The notes beneath the pieces are model-generated. The model worked only from the letters and a program-made list of their open reading frames with translations. It ran no database searches and was not told the DNA's origin. Positions 36,274-44,053 of a stretch of 53,821 bases of DNA are shown here, piece by piece (the first letter of the stretch is position 1; the number at the start of each line of letters is the position of its first letter). Position numbers and translations under genes: made by a program. The stretch comes from a virus (lineage: Duplodnaviria > Caudoviricetes): the IMG/VR virus record IMGVR_UViG_3300006124_000002, positions 1 through 53,821 of that record; one strand, given 5' to 3'.

Positions 36274-36501
36274 ATGAACAGACAAGACGATGCATTTGAG
36301 GAAGCAAAACAACTTGCCAGGGAAGGCAAGGAATATTCACACTTGATCAATCGGATGTGGGTAATAAACTCCGACCAGTTTGACCACTTCTTAACCACGC
36401 TAGACCCAGAGATTGCCACCAAAACCATTTACGGAATGCTGGCACTCAAACGGAGACAATCCAAAACAATCCCCAAAGGCCGGGGAAGACCACGCAAATA
36501 A
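36274..36501 (+). CDS. Hypothetical protein with a C-terminal AT-hook-like GRGRPRK
   Basis: ORF track and motif. Confidence 0.6.
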   Translation: MNRQDDAFEEAKQLAREGKEYSHLINRMWVINSDQFDHFLTTLDPEIATKTIYGMLALKRRQSKTIPKGRGRPRK

Positions 36502-36538
36502 GTTCATACTCTAATTTTATTGGTTAAATTTTAGACTA

Positions 36539-36612
36539 TACCGATTGGTGTAACGGTAGCACAGGGGACTTTGACTCCCCTAGTCATGGTTCAAATCCAT
36601 GATCGGTAGCCA
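36539..36612 (+). tRNA. trnQ: tRNA-Gln (TTG)
   Basis: Acceptor TACCGAT/ATCGGTA, anticodon arm GGGGA-CTTTGAC-TCCCC, T arm CATGG-TTCAAAT-CCATG, encoded CCA. Confidence 0.93.
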
Positions 36613-36952
36613 ATCAAAGGCTTTAGAAAAGGACGCATTTTCAATAATCCGTCCTTCTGAAAAGGATAGATACCCTGCTACCATTCAAGAGTGGTGGAAA
36701 TGGTTTACTCCCAAATTGTAGTAGGATGTCCAATCTACTTTTTTTGAAGGAAATAGTGGGTAGTTTTTCTTTCAGGAATGTAGCAGTTCATAGACATATT
36801 TGCGTTCACGGTAGCGCGAACACTACACTCGTCTTGTTTATCGTGCAGTCTGGAAGTGTAGCATGATTTGATTAGCGGATGCTGGGATAATCACCCATGA
36901 GGGGAATCCAACTACTAATTGTAAACATTTTAGTAGTTCTTTATAAATAAGA

Positions 36953-36994
36953 ACCCCCCTGGTGCGCTTGCTCACAGGCAGAGGCGTGAGGGGT
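36953..36994 (-). ncRNA. Second copy of the small GCCTCTGCC-N-GCAAGC motif
   Basis: CCCCT-CA-CGC-CTC-TGC-loop-GCA-A-GCG-CACC-AGGGG, 3' of the CCA-ending RNA. Confidence 0.45.
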
Positions 36995-37007
36995 ATAATT
37001 ATAAAAT

Positions 37008-37246
37008 TGGAGTCCCGCTGGGCGAACCATGTGGAATCGAGTTTCCCCGATACGGGACTGTTGAGGACGGCCCGCTATTGTGCGACCTATCGCCTATCCT
37101 TTGGCTATACGGCTATTCCCCGATCCGTAAAGGGCTGGAATCGTTCGCTTCCGATTCTGTAAGGACTCATCTCTGGCGGTAGTTTCCTACCCTATGGGAG
37201 CGACCCACCATCGGATATTTCCAATGCAACCAGCAATGATTCCGAT
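37008..37246 (-). ncRNA. Candidate ~240-nt multi-domain structured RNA ending in CCA
   Basis: Stems ATCGGA/TCCGAT, GGTAG-GAAA-CTACC, GAATCG/CGATTC, TCCTT/AAGGA, AGTCCCG/CGGGACT, ATCGGG-GAAA-CTCGAT. GNRA loops occur on this strand; TTGCAA-17-AATAGT lies upstream. Confidence 0.6.
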
Positions 37247-37264
37247 TGAACTATTAGGAATTCC

Positions 37265-37474
37265 CTAAAAATTTGCAAGCCCCTTCTCAATACCAAAAGT
37301 AGCATTTTTCCACATCTTCACCTGTCCCGTATTAAAGTGCTTCACGCTCCCATCAGCACACATACACACCGTCCACACATCATTGTCAAATACCCCACTA
37401 CTCTCCACATAAATAGCATACCCATCTCCAACAGGAGTCAGCACAGGCATTGGATTACGGAATTCGTGGATCAT
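37265..37474 (-). CDS. Hypothetical phage protein, 69 aa
   Basis: Compact beta protein (TPVGDGYAIYV...NDVWTV). Confidence 0.7.
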   Translation of the reverse strand: MIHEFRNPMPVLTPVGDGYAIYVESSGVFDNDVWTVCMCADGSVKHFNTGQVKMWKNATFGIEKGLANF

Positions 37475-37479
37475 AAAAT

Positions 37480-37695
37480 CTACTCCAATCCCCGAATCAT
37501 ATCCCTATCCCAATCAGATAGCCTAGGATCATTTATATGCTCCTTCAAAATCTTACTCAACCTCTTCCTCTCCATCTTCGCCCCACCATAGCCTCCCGGC
37601 TCTTTACTAGCCGTTTCACCAAGCTCCGTAGCAAGACTCCTCAACAACATGATGCTAGGCTTTGTAAACTCTTCTGGAGGGTATCTCAAACTCAT
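37480..37695 (-). CDS. Hypothetical protein, 71 aa
   Basis: ORF track; adjacent to the 37265-37474 gene. Confidence 0.6.
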   Translation of the reverse strand: MSLRYPPEEFTKPSIMLLRSLATELGETASKEPGGYGGAKMERKRLSKILKEHINDPRLSDWDRDMIRGLE

Positions 37696-37915
37696 TACAC
37701 ACTACTTTGCACATTCAGCAATCTATTGTCAATCTACTACACATCTACAAAGTTCTAAAATAAGGAGAAGTTTCCAGATACTGATTTTTTTTGGGTGGCC
37801 TATGTCGCACAAGCTAGCCCCGTATAATGGTGTATGTACCCCTCCCAACCACCCGTAAGGAATTCTTATGGGAGAGCCTACCATGAGAGGTTAGTTGCCT
37901 AGCTTAAACGGGAAA

Positions 37916-38461
37916 CTAACTAGGGATTATCTCTGATTCTATAGTGTTGGAGGGGCTTCCTAACTGTTGCTGATTCGTTAGGTTTATACCCTTGGAAAGA
38001 CCCACTATAAACTGGAAGTAATTAGTTGTCCCGGTGTCGTGCTTGTCAGAGAAGTTATCCCCTGCCATCTTGTTATCAATATTAATAGCTTCCAACTTGC
38101 TAACTACCTTCAACTTCCTAGTTGTCCCTTGCTCTCCTTGAGTCTCTACTAACTCCTGTATCAGGTCAGCATCGGGATTGCTAATGTCGCACCTAACTGC
38201 CCTAGCTAAAAAGTTACGCTTTTCGGCAAGAGTTAGTGCATTAGCTAGAAAGCTACTTTCCTTTAGAGTAGCAATATAGGAAGCTACTCTGTTATCTGCT
38301 TCTAACTTACAAGCGGCTGAACCAGCCTGTTCAGAGTTAGCGGCTTTATACCCTGCTAACAGATATGATCTAGCTTTGTTTTCACCCTTTGCTCTGTGAG
38401 TACAATAGGCTAGTTGTTTAGTTGTGAGGCTAGGAAGTGAAGTTGTTTTTTGCGTAGTCAT
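37916..38461 (-). CDS. terS: Terminase small subunit
   Basis: LTTKQLAYC...G...SYLLAGYK....A.SAA.KL.....V..YI HTH pattern, followed by KLEAI....KM.G. Confidence 0.75.
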   Translation of the reverse strand: MTTQKTTSLPSLTTKQLAYCTHRAKGENKARSYLLAGYKAANSEQAGSAACKLEADNRVASYIATLKESSFLANALTLAEKRNFLARAVRCDISNPDADLIQELVETQGEQGTTRKLKVVSKLEAINIDNKMAGDNFSDKHDTGTTNYFQFIVGLSKGINLTNQQQLGSPSNTIESEIIPS

Positions 38462-38879
38462 TAGGGGTCTTTTTACCTAGCGAAATTATCTCTGTCAATC
38501 TCCGTTGCTGGAACCTCGCTTCGCTCGCACGTTCGCTTCGCTCACTAGGTGTGAATTGTTAAGGTGTGTGAAATGTTTTGATCTGTTAAGAATCAGCACT
38601 TCCTCCGTGTTGTTGTGTTGTCTCCTCTCTGGTGTTCCTCGCCCGGTGGCTCGGAGTTTAAAAAGACCCCTTTTGAGTGTCAAGTCTTTTCTCTGTAATG
38701 GTCATTTGAGCTAGTGTTTATGGGCTTACAGGGCTGGATGCTGATAGAATGGGCTTGTGCGGGTTGCTTTGATGCTTTTAGATTGTGCAAGGGCTTGTTA
38801 TAGTGTTGTTGTTTTGTGTATTACAAATGGGCTTTTGCGCTTGTGTTCATGCCCTATAAAAATAGTTAAAAGTTTTTTG

Positions 38880-38908
38880 TAGACAAGTTGCATGGGTTGA
38901 TATAGCTT
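38880..38908 (+). promoter_or_regulatory. Early promoter
   Basis: TAGACA-17-TAGCTT with an A/T-rich upstream region; precedes the structured leader of ardC. Confidence 0.55.
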
Positions 38909-38926
38909 TAATGAATCGACGGAGAA

Positions 38927-39076
38927 CTGGTGACGATCTCACCCGATGGTTTTCCCGATAGTCAGGACTCGATTCTGGCTTTGTTCTTTGACATTCTGAC
39001 CTTGCTGGTTGACTGGTTCATTCCCGAACTGGTTCCTGACCTTACCCTACCGACAAATGCTGGTGACGATCTCACC
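38927..39076 (+). repeat. Two identical 17-nt hairpins CTGGTGACGATCTCACC (38927-38943, 39060-39076) flanking a boxA-like element (38982-38993)
   Basis: Exact repeat with a GGTGA/TCACC stem; TGTTCTTTGACA matches the boxA consensus TGCTCTTTAACA at 10 of 12 positions. Confidence 0.7.
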
Positions 39077-39276
39077 ATGTGGCATTAGGTAGCAAGTGAC
39101 AATGGAACCCCCTCTAGGGTGAGCATTGGTTGTAAATCCGTTGCAAGAGACGCTATAAACTCATAAAAGCTGTTTTGATAAATTGCCCTTTTCTAGTTCG
39201 CTAGGAGAGGGCAATAATCAGCACAGAAAGTGGTGAGCGTTCCCTACGCTTTAGGGTATCAAAATAAGGAGAAAAT

Positions 39277-40131
39277 ATGAGCAAAGAAAAAGTTGACGTA
39301 TATCAAATTGTAACTGACAGAATCATCGACTTGTTAGAAGATGGTGTTGTTCCTTGGCACAAGCCATGGGCGGGAGGTAGTAATCAACTACCCATGAACC
39401 TTGTGAGTAAAAAGGCTTACAGGGGACTAAATGTATGGTTACTCTCATGCTCTGGTTATGCTTCCCCTTATTGGGTAAGTTACAAACAGGCAACAGAGTT
39501 AGGTGGACAAGTTAGGAAGGGTGAGAAATCAACCCTTGTGGTCTACTGGAAGATGTTTGAAACAATCGACAAAGACACAAAGGAGAAAAAGGTTATCCCG
39601 ATGCTCCGTTACTATAATGTATTTAATGTTAGCCAATGTGACGGAATTAATGTCCCAGATACGGAGACGCAACCAACGATAGATTTCAATCCTATCGAAG
39701 AAGCGGAGAAAATCGTAGCTAATATGACGAAGGTTCCACGCATCACTCATATTGAGCAACAGGCTTATTATAACAGGTCAAGTGACCATGTTAATATGCC
39801 ACAGAAAGAAACCTTCAAAGGTGAGGCTGAATACTACTCGACCCTGTTTCATGAGTTGACGCACTCAACTGGCCATGAATCCCGGTTAGGGAGGTTTCAG
39901 AATCAAGTTAGTAAATTCGGTGATAGCAACTACGCAAAAGAGGAATTGATTGCCGAGATGGGAGCTAGTTATCTGTGCGCGATGGCTGGCATTGTTGATC
40001 GCACAATCGACAATAGTGCCGCTTATATTGCCAACTGGTTGACCAAGCTACGCAACGACAAAAAGCTAGTAGTTAGTGCGGCGGGAAAAGCCCATGCCGC
40101 TTGTGATTATATCCTTGGAGTTAGTGCCTAG
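39277..40131 (+). CDS. ardC: ArdC-like antirestriction protein (ssDNA-binding domain plus zincin domain)
   Basis: VTDRII..LE.GVVPWHKPW, YRGLN, GGQVRKGEKS, VFNVSQ, YYSTLFHELTHSTGH, YAKEELIAE; AAGGAG SD. Confidence 0.92.
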   Translation: MSKEKVDVYQIVTDRIIDLLEDGVVPWHKPWAGGSNQLPMNLVSKKAYRGLNVWLLSCSGYASPYWVSYKQATELGGQVRKGEKSTLVVYWKMFETIDKDTKEKKVIPMLRYYNVFNVSQCDGINVPDTETQPTIDFNPIEEAEKIVANMTKVPRITHIEQQAYYNRSSDHVNMPQKETFKGEAEYYSTLFHELTHSTGHESRLGRFQNQVSKFGDSNYAKEELIAEMGASYLCAMAGIVDRTIDNSAAYIANWLTKLRNDKKLVVSAAGKAHAACDYILGVSA

Positions 40132-40211
40132 ATACATAGCCCTCTCTGAAAGGGGAGGGCTAGAATCTGTGCAATGACGCATAGAAACAAACAGCAAACA
40201 AAGGAGTAAAT

Positions 40212-40436
40212 ATGAACCACAGTATCAAAAAATCAGATATACCTAAACTTTCCCAATGCCTCCCCGTTGAGGGAGTGTGGACAAGTTCACGGGCACACGA
40301 TCAAATCGCGCAAGATATTGCCGACGAAATTCAGCAGTTTACCGATTTTTCGGTGACTGTAAAACTGTTCCGTGACAACGGCGAACACCTCCAAGGAGAT
40401 GAACGCACGGGCACAATGGTCGTGATCAGAGATTAA
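40212..40436 (+). CDS. Early hypothetical protein, 74 aa
   Basis: AAGGAG SD. Confidence 0.7.
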   Translation: MNHSIKKSDIPKLSQCLPVEGVWTSSRAHDQIAQDIADEIQQFTDFSVTVKLFRDNGEHLQGDERTGTMVVIRD

Positions 40437-40602
40437 TCATGAATCTAATCATCAATGTTATTGGTATCCTATCAGTAGAGGCTTTAGTATCCTTTATCTT
40501 TTGGGCATTGTTAAGTTAGTCTCGACCCCCTGCTTCTGTAGCAATACAGGAGCAGTAGCCGAGGCAATTACGCCGAGGACAACACAACAACGAAAGGAAA
40601 CC

Positions 40603-40947
40603 ATGAAAACGCTACACATCACGCCAGAAATTTATTTCTGCAACAACACCACAGATGCTACGAAAACGCTTTTTGAACCGATCAACGGGCGCACCGCATC
40701 AGGAACATTCAAGAAACTAAAGAATCAAATCCGATTATTTGACCTATCAGGAAAGCTATTTGCTTCCCTTGTCAAAAATAAACACGGGGAAATTATGCTA
40801 GTATCCGCAATCCAAACGGAAAAGGGAGTTTTGTATTCTTTCGGACTAACCACGCCCGACGAAAGAACGCTAGGACTTTCGGGCCTTTCCTATTTTCAAA
40901 CAACGGAAGTTGTCGAAAAGCTATGGGAAACCGCCGTTGCTTTGTAG
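40603..40947 (+). CDS. Early hypothetical protein, 114 aa
   Basis: AAAGGA before the ATG at 40603. Confidence 0.7.
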   Translation: MKTLHITPEIYFCNNTTDATKTLFEPINGRTASGTFKKLKNQIRLFDLSGKLFASLVKNKHGEIMLVSAIQTEKGVLYSFGLTTPDERTLGLSGLSYFQTTEVVEKLWETAVAL

Positions 40948-41056
40948 TTAAAACAGAACAATCAATAAAACTTGTTTATCAAAAATCCTTTAATTTTAAC
41001 GACAACGCAAAAACGGAAAAAGAATAAAAAGAATAAACTAAAGAATAAAAAATAAT

Positions 41057-41278
41057 ATGACCACGCAAACCACGCCAGAAACCATAACAAACCCGAACGG
41101 ATGCAACGAAAACCATTGTTTCTGTGACCGACTCGACGAGTACGGAGACATTAATTGTGTCCTAGACAACCCACCCAAAGATATGTCCATTGAGGGCATT
41201 CTGAAGCGTTTAACGGATGCTTTAGACGAGCAAGCCAGACAGATTGAGGCAATCAAATCCACACTAGATCGCAAATGA
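41057..41278 (+). CDS. Hypothetical protein, 73 aa
   Basis: ORF track; A-rich leader. Confidence 0.6.
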   Translation: MTTQTTPETITNPNGCNENHCFCDRLDEYGDINCVLDNPPKDMSIEGILKRLTDALDEQARQIEAIKSTLDRK

Positions 41279-41499
41279 AAACCGAAACCAGAGAATTAGT
41301 CACCACATTGGAACCGCTATTTTATAGTCTCCTCCGAGGGGCCGAACACCACAATCTAGACGAAGTGTGTATCAGTACAGCTAGGGCAAGAGAGATCCAC
41401 ACGGATCTTTTAATACTAAAAAAGAAACTGAAAGAAACCACGCCACAAACAACCCCAATGACCATAGATCGGCATTTAGATTCGATCTTCAACCTATGA
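41275..41499 (+). CDS. Hypothetical protein, 74 aa
   Basis: ATGA-coupled ORF. Confidence 0.65.
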   Translation: MKTETRELVTTLEPLFYSLLRGAEHHNLDEVCISTARAREIHTDLLILKKKLKETTPQTTPMTIDRHLDSIFNL

Positions 41500-41617
41500 A
41501 TAACGATACCTTAAAAAAATATGATGAATTGCAGTACCAAATCTCCTTACTCAAACTTGAATTAGAAATACTTAATTCAAGATTGGATCGTTACGAACAA
41601 CTCTTAAATAAACCACA

Positions 41618-41818
41618 ATGATACTTGATTATACTTGCCGAGATTGCGAATGCGAACACGAATTTGAAATTCGTTACTATGCTTCCCAACCGCACCGGGG
41701 GATGCATGGCACATTTGAGGATGCCATACAGGGGCATGGAGCCTACACCGAGCCAGAAGAGTGTCCCAAATGCGGGAGAGATGTGGATACGGATGCCGTC
41801 GAGGAAAGATTCCTATGA
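41618..41818 (+). CDS. Zinc-ribbon protein, 66 aa
   Basis: YTCRDCECEHEFE...ECPKCG. Confidence 0.65.
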   Translation: MILDYTCRDCECEHEFEIRYYASQPHRGMHGTFEDAIQGHGAYTEPEECPKCGRDVDTDAVEERFL

Positions 41819-42014
41819 GACTTCAGACACTTAAACAATACTCCTCCCCGAAAGGGGAGGGGTATAAACCCTGTATCTACTGGTTTGCTTTCCTTAAAAA
41901 AATGGAACGCAATCGTCGCTTTTTTCATTGCCCTCGATACCAGAAAACAATATACCCCCCTCTGAAAAAGAAGTTGACAGAAGCAACAAACTCTTAAAAG
42001 ATCATCACTCAATT

Positions 42015-42197
42015 ATGAATCCAGAAACAACCACACCAACCGAACCACTACAACTTAAAAGCAACAGTTACCTTGGCATCTACATTCCGACCGAGATCAA
42101 GTTGCGTCTTACTATCGCCGCAAAACAGGCAGATGTCTCTCTCTCAAAATATGCTGTTCGCCTGTTCAAGAGTCACCTAGAATCCCTCCCTCAATGA
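42015..42197 (+). CDS. Ribbon-helix-helix DNA-binding protein
   Basis: YLGIYIPTEIKLRLTIAAKQADVSLSKYAVRLF; TTGACA upstream at about 41974. Confidence 0.7.
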   Translation: MNPETTTPTEPLQLKSNSYLGIYIPTEIKLRLTIAAKQADVSLSKYAVRLFKSHLESLPQ

Positions 42198-42261
42198 GTC
42201 CACGCTTTGTTGCCGCTTTTATACTCGCACTCACTCTAATCACCCTCGCAATTTGTACCCT

Positions 42262-42408
42262 ATGAAAGATGGACTATACGCAAATATCGCTCGAAAGAGA
42301 GCCAGAATCAAAGCTGGTTCTGGTGAACACATGAGGAAGGTTGGTAGCAAGGGCGCACCAACAGCAAAGGCTTTTAGAGAAAGCAAGAAAACCGCTAAAA
42401 AGAAATAA
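42262..42408 (+). CDS. Small basic phage protein, 48 aa (MKDGLYANIARKRARIKAGSGEHMRKVGSKGAPT...)
   Basis: Hand-translated; below the ORF-track cutoff. Confidence 0.75.
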   Translation: MKDGLYANIARKRARIKAGSGEHMRKVGSKGAPTAKAFRESKKTAKKK

Positions 42409-42412
42409 TACT

Positions 42413-42676
42413 ATGGCATCAGAAAAATGGCAGACAAAAGCAGGACAGAACCCCAAGGGTGGACTCAATGCCGCTGGTAGGGCATCCTATAATAAGGCTC
42501 ATGGAGGGCATCTAAAACCCCCTGCACCATCACCCAAGACCAAGGTAGATGCAGGACGAAAGGCTTCATTTTGCGCTAGGATGAAAGGACTCAAGAGCAA
42601 GCTGACAAGCGAGAAAACAAAGCGTGATCCCAACAGCAGGGTAAACAAAAGTTTAAGAGCTTGGAAATGTCACTAA
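42413..42676 (+). CDS. Basic phage protein (DUF6321-like)
   Basis: WQ.KAGQNPKGGLNAAGRASYN...RKASFCARM...DPNSRVNKSLRAWKC. Confidence 0.7.
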   Translation: MASEKWQTKAGQNPKGGLNAAGRASYNKAHGGHLKPPAPSPKTKVDAGRKASFCARMKGLKSKLTSEKTKRDPNSRVNKSLRAWKCH

Positions 42677-42894
42677 TGAGAACATATCTAAACGATCTTC
42701 TTGTATCAAAGTTGCTACAAGAGAAACCACAACAAACCAACACAATGACACTAGCCGAACTAAACAATATCGCACAGGAGATCGCCAATAAACTTGGTCA
42801 CATCTCACAAGAACTTCTTCTTGAGGTTCATGCCCTCATCCACAAGGACGAGGCTCCGACACCAGTAGCACCGACTCCTCACGCTTCCGAGTAA
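42676..42894 (+). CDS. Hypothetical protein (start 42676 or 42745)
   Basis: Coupled to both neighbours by TAATG overlaps. Confidence 0.55.
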   Translation: MRTYLNDLLVSKLLQEKPQQTNTMTLAELNNIAQEIANKLGHISQELLLEVHALIHKDEAPTPVAPTPHASE

Positions 42895-43052
42895 TGTTGG
42901 ACGCTATCAAGGAACTGATTCGTAAAAAGCTGAATCATACGACCATCGAAACAAAAGAAATACCTCCTGCTAAAAAGCAGAAGATCCGTAAGGAAACAAC
43001 CAAACCAGAAACCAAGGGCCGAAAACCCAAAACCAAAACCAAACGCAAATGA
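42894..43052 (+). CDS. Lys-rich small protein, 52 aa
   Basis: Hand-translated MLDAIKELIRKK...KPKTKTKRK. Confidence 0.55.
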   Translation: MLDAIKELIRKKLNHTTIETKEIPPAKKQKIRKETTKPETKGRKPKTKTKRK

Positions 43053-43168
43053 AGAAGATGATGACCAAGGGCAAAATGCCCAAGATGGAGAAGGCCAAAC
43101 CCGCCGCAAAAGCAACCAAGATGAAGTCCGCTAGTTCAATGATGAACAAGGGCGCAAAGAAGAAATAA
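43049..43168 (+). CDS. Lys/Met-rich small protein, 39 aa
   Basis: Hand-translated MKKMMTKGKMPKMEKAKPAAKATKMK...; ATGA-coupled. Confidence 0.55.
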   Translation: MKKMMTKGKMPKMEKAKPAAKATKMKSASSMMNKGAKKK

Positions 43169-43182
43169 GGAGTTAAAAAGGA

Positions 43183-43214
43183 TCGGGCGGGAGCCATGAA
43201 CAACTCCCGCCCGA
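43183..43214 (+). terminator. Strong intergenic hairpin before the recombination genes
   Basis: 11-bp stem TCGGGCGGGAG/CTCCCGCCCGA; no U-tract on the plus strand. Confidence 0.45.
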
Positions 43215-43243
43215 ATATGCAGAGCAACCACGCACCACAATAC

Positions 43244-44053
43244 ATGAACACAAATACTAATACACTCGCTGTTAGTCAACCCTCTATGGGGGAAATGGAA
43301 AAGATGGCACTTGCCATCGCAAAATCGGGCCTTTTCGGGATGAAATCTCCCGAACAGGCACTCGCACTTGGACTCCTTGCAGTATCCGAGAACAAACCAT
43401 TCGCCAGCATTTGCGCCGAATACGATGTTATCCAAGGCAGACCAGCACTCAAGTCACAGGCTTGCTTGGCTAGGTTCCAACAGGCAGGGGGAACCATCCA
43501 ATGGATCACCCGCACCGATAAGGAATGCACCATCGAAGGCAAACACCCCGCTGGTGGTACTCTCAAAGTAACTTGGACTTGGGAAAGAGCGACCACCGCT
43601 GGACTTACGAACAAGTCAAATTGGAAGCAGTATCCGACTGCAATGCTATCTTCACGATGTGTTGCTGAATTGGTTAGGGCAATCTATCCCGCTTGCCTAA
43701 ATGGAGTGTATCTTGCCGAAGAGGTACAGGATTTTGATACCAAGCCGCTTGGAAGTCCTCTTGCTCGTATTGAAAAGCCTGTAATCAAGGCTGAAGAGGC
43801 AACCCCTATCGTTGCCGAGTTGGTAGCGGAAACCGAGCCACAGGAGGCTCCAGAACTTCCACAGACCCCGGTTGATATGCTCATTAGCATGATGACTACG
43901 GACAACATAAGCGACGATCATGTTTTGCATTTCCTGTATGCGAAGAAGGCAATCAAAGATCGGAATATCTACATTTTCGACATTCCCGAAAAGATAATAA
44001 ATCGTCTCATCGAAAAGTGGGATGATGTCAAAGCATTTAAGCCAGCAATCTAA
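43244..44053 (+). CDS. RecT/Red-beta-like single-strand annealing recombinase
   Basis: IAKSGLFG...VIQGRPAL...A..AGL..K.NWKQYP.AML..R....VRAIYP...GVY.AEE. Confidence 0.75.
   Translation: MNTNTNTLAVSQPSMGEMEKMALAIAKSGLFGMKSPEQALALGLLAVSENKPFASICAEYDVIQGRPALKSQACLARFQQAGGTIQWITRTDKECTIEGKHPAGGTLKVTWTWERATTAGLTNKSNWKQYPTAMLSSRCVAELVRAIYPACLNGVYLAEEVQDFDTKPLGSPLARIEKPVIKAEEATPIVAELVAETEPQEAPELPQTPVDMLISMMTTDNISDDHVLHFLYAKKAIKDRNIYIFDIPEKIINRLIEKWDDVKAFKPAI

Noticed and set aside
37085-37175. Hammerhead ribozyme or group II intron domain V inside the 240-nt RNA
   Set aside because: GATGAG lacks the CUGANGA core with a correctly placed GAAA, and AGCCGTAT is not followed by a domain V hairpin.
41761-41997. 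ORF across the hairpin and promoter upstream of the RHH gene
   Set aside because: The interval holds a GAAA-loop hairpin (41839-41864) and a TTGACA element and is better explained as regulatory; coding is not excluded.
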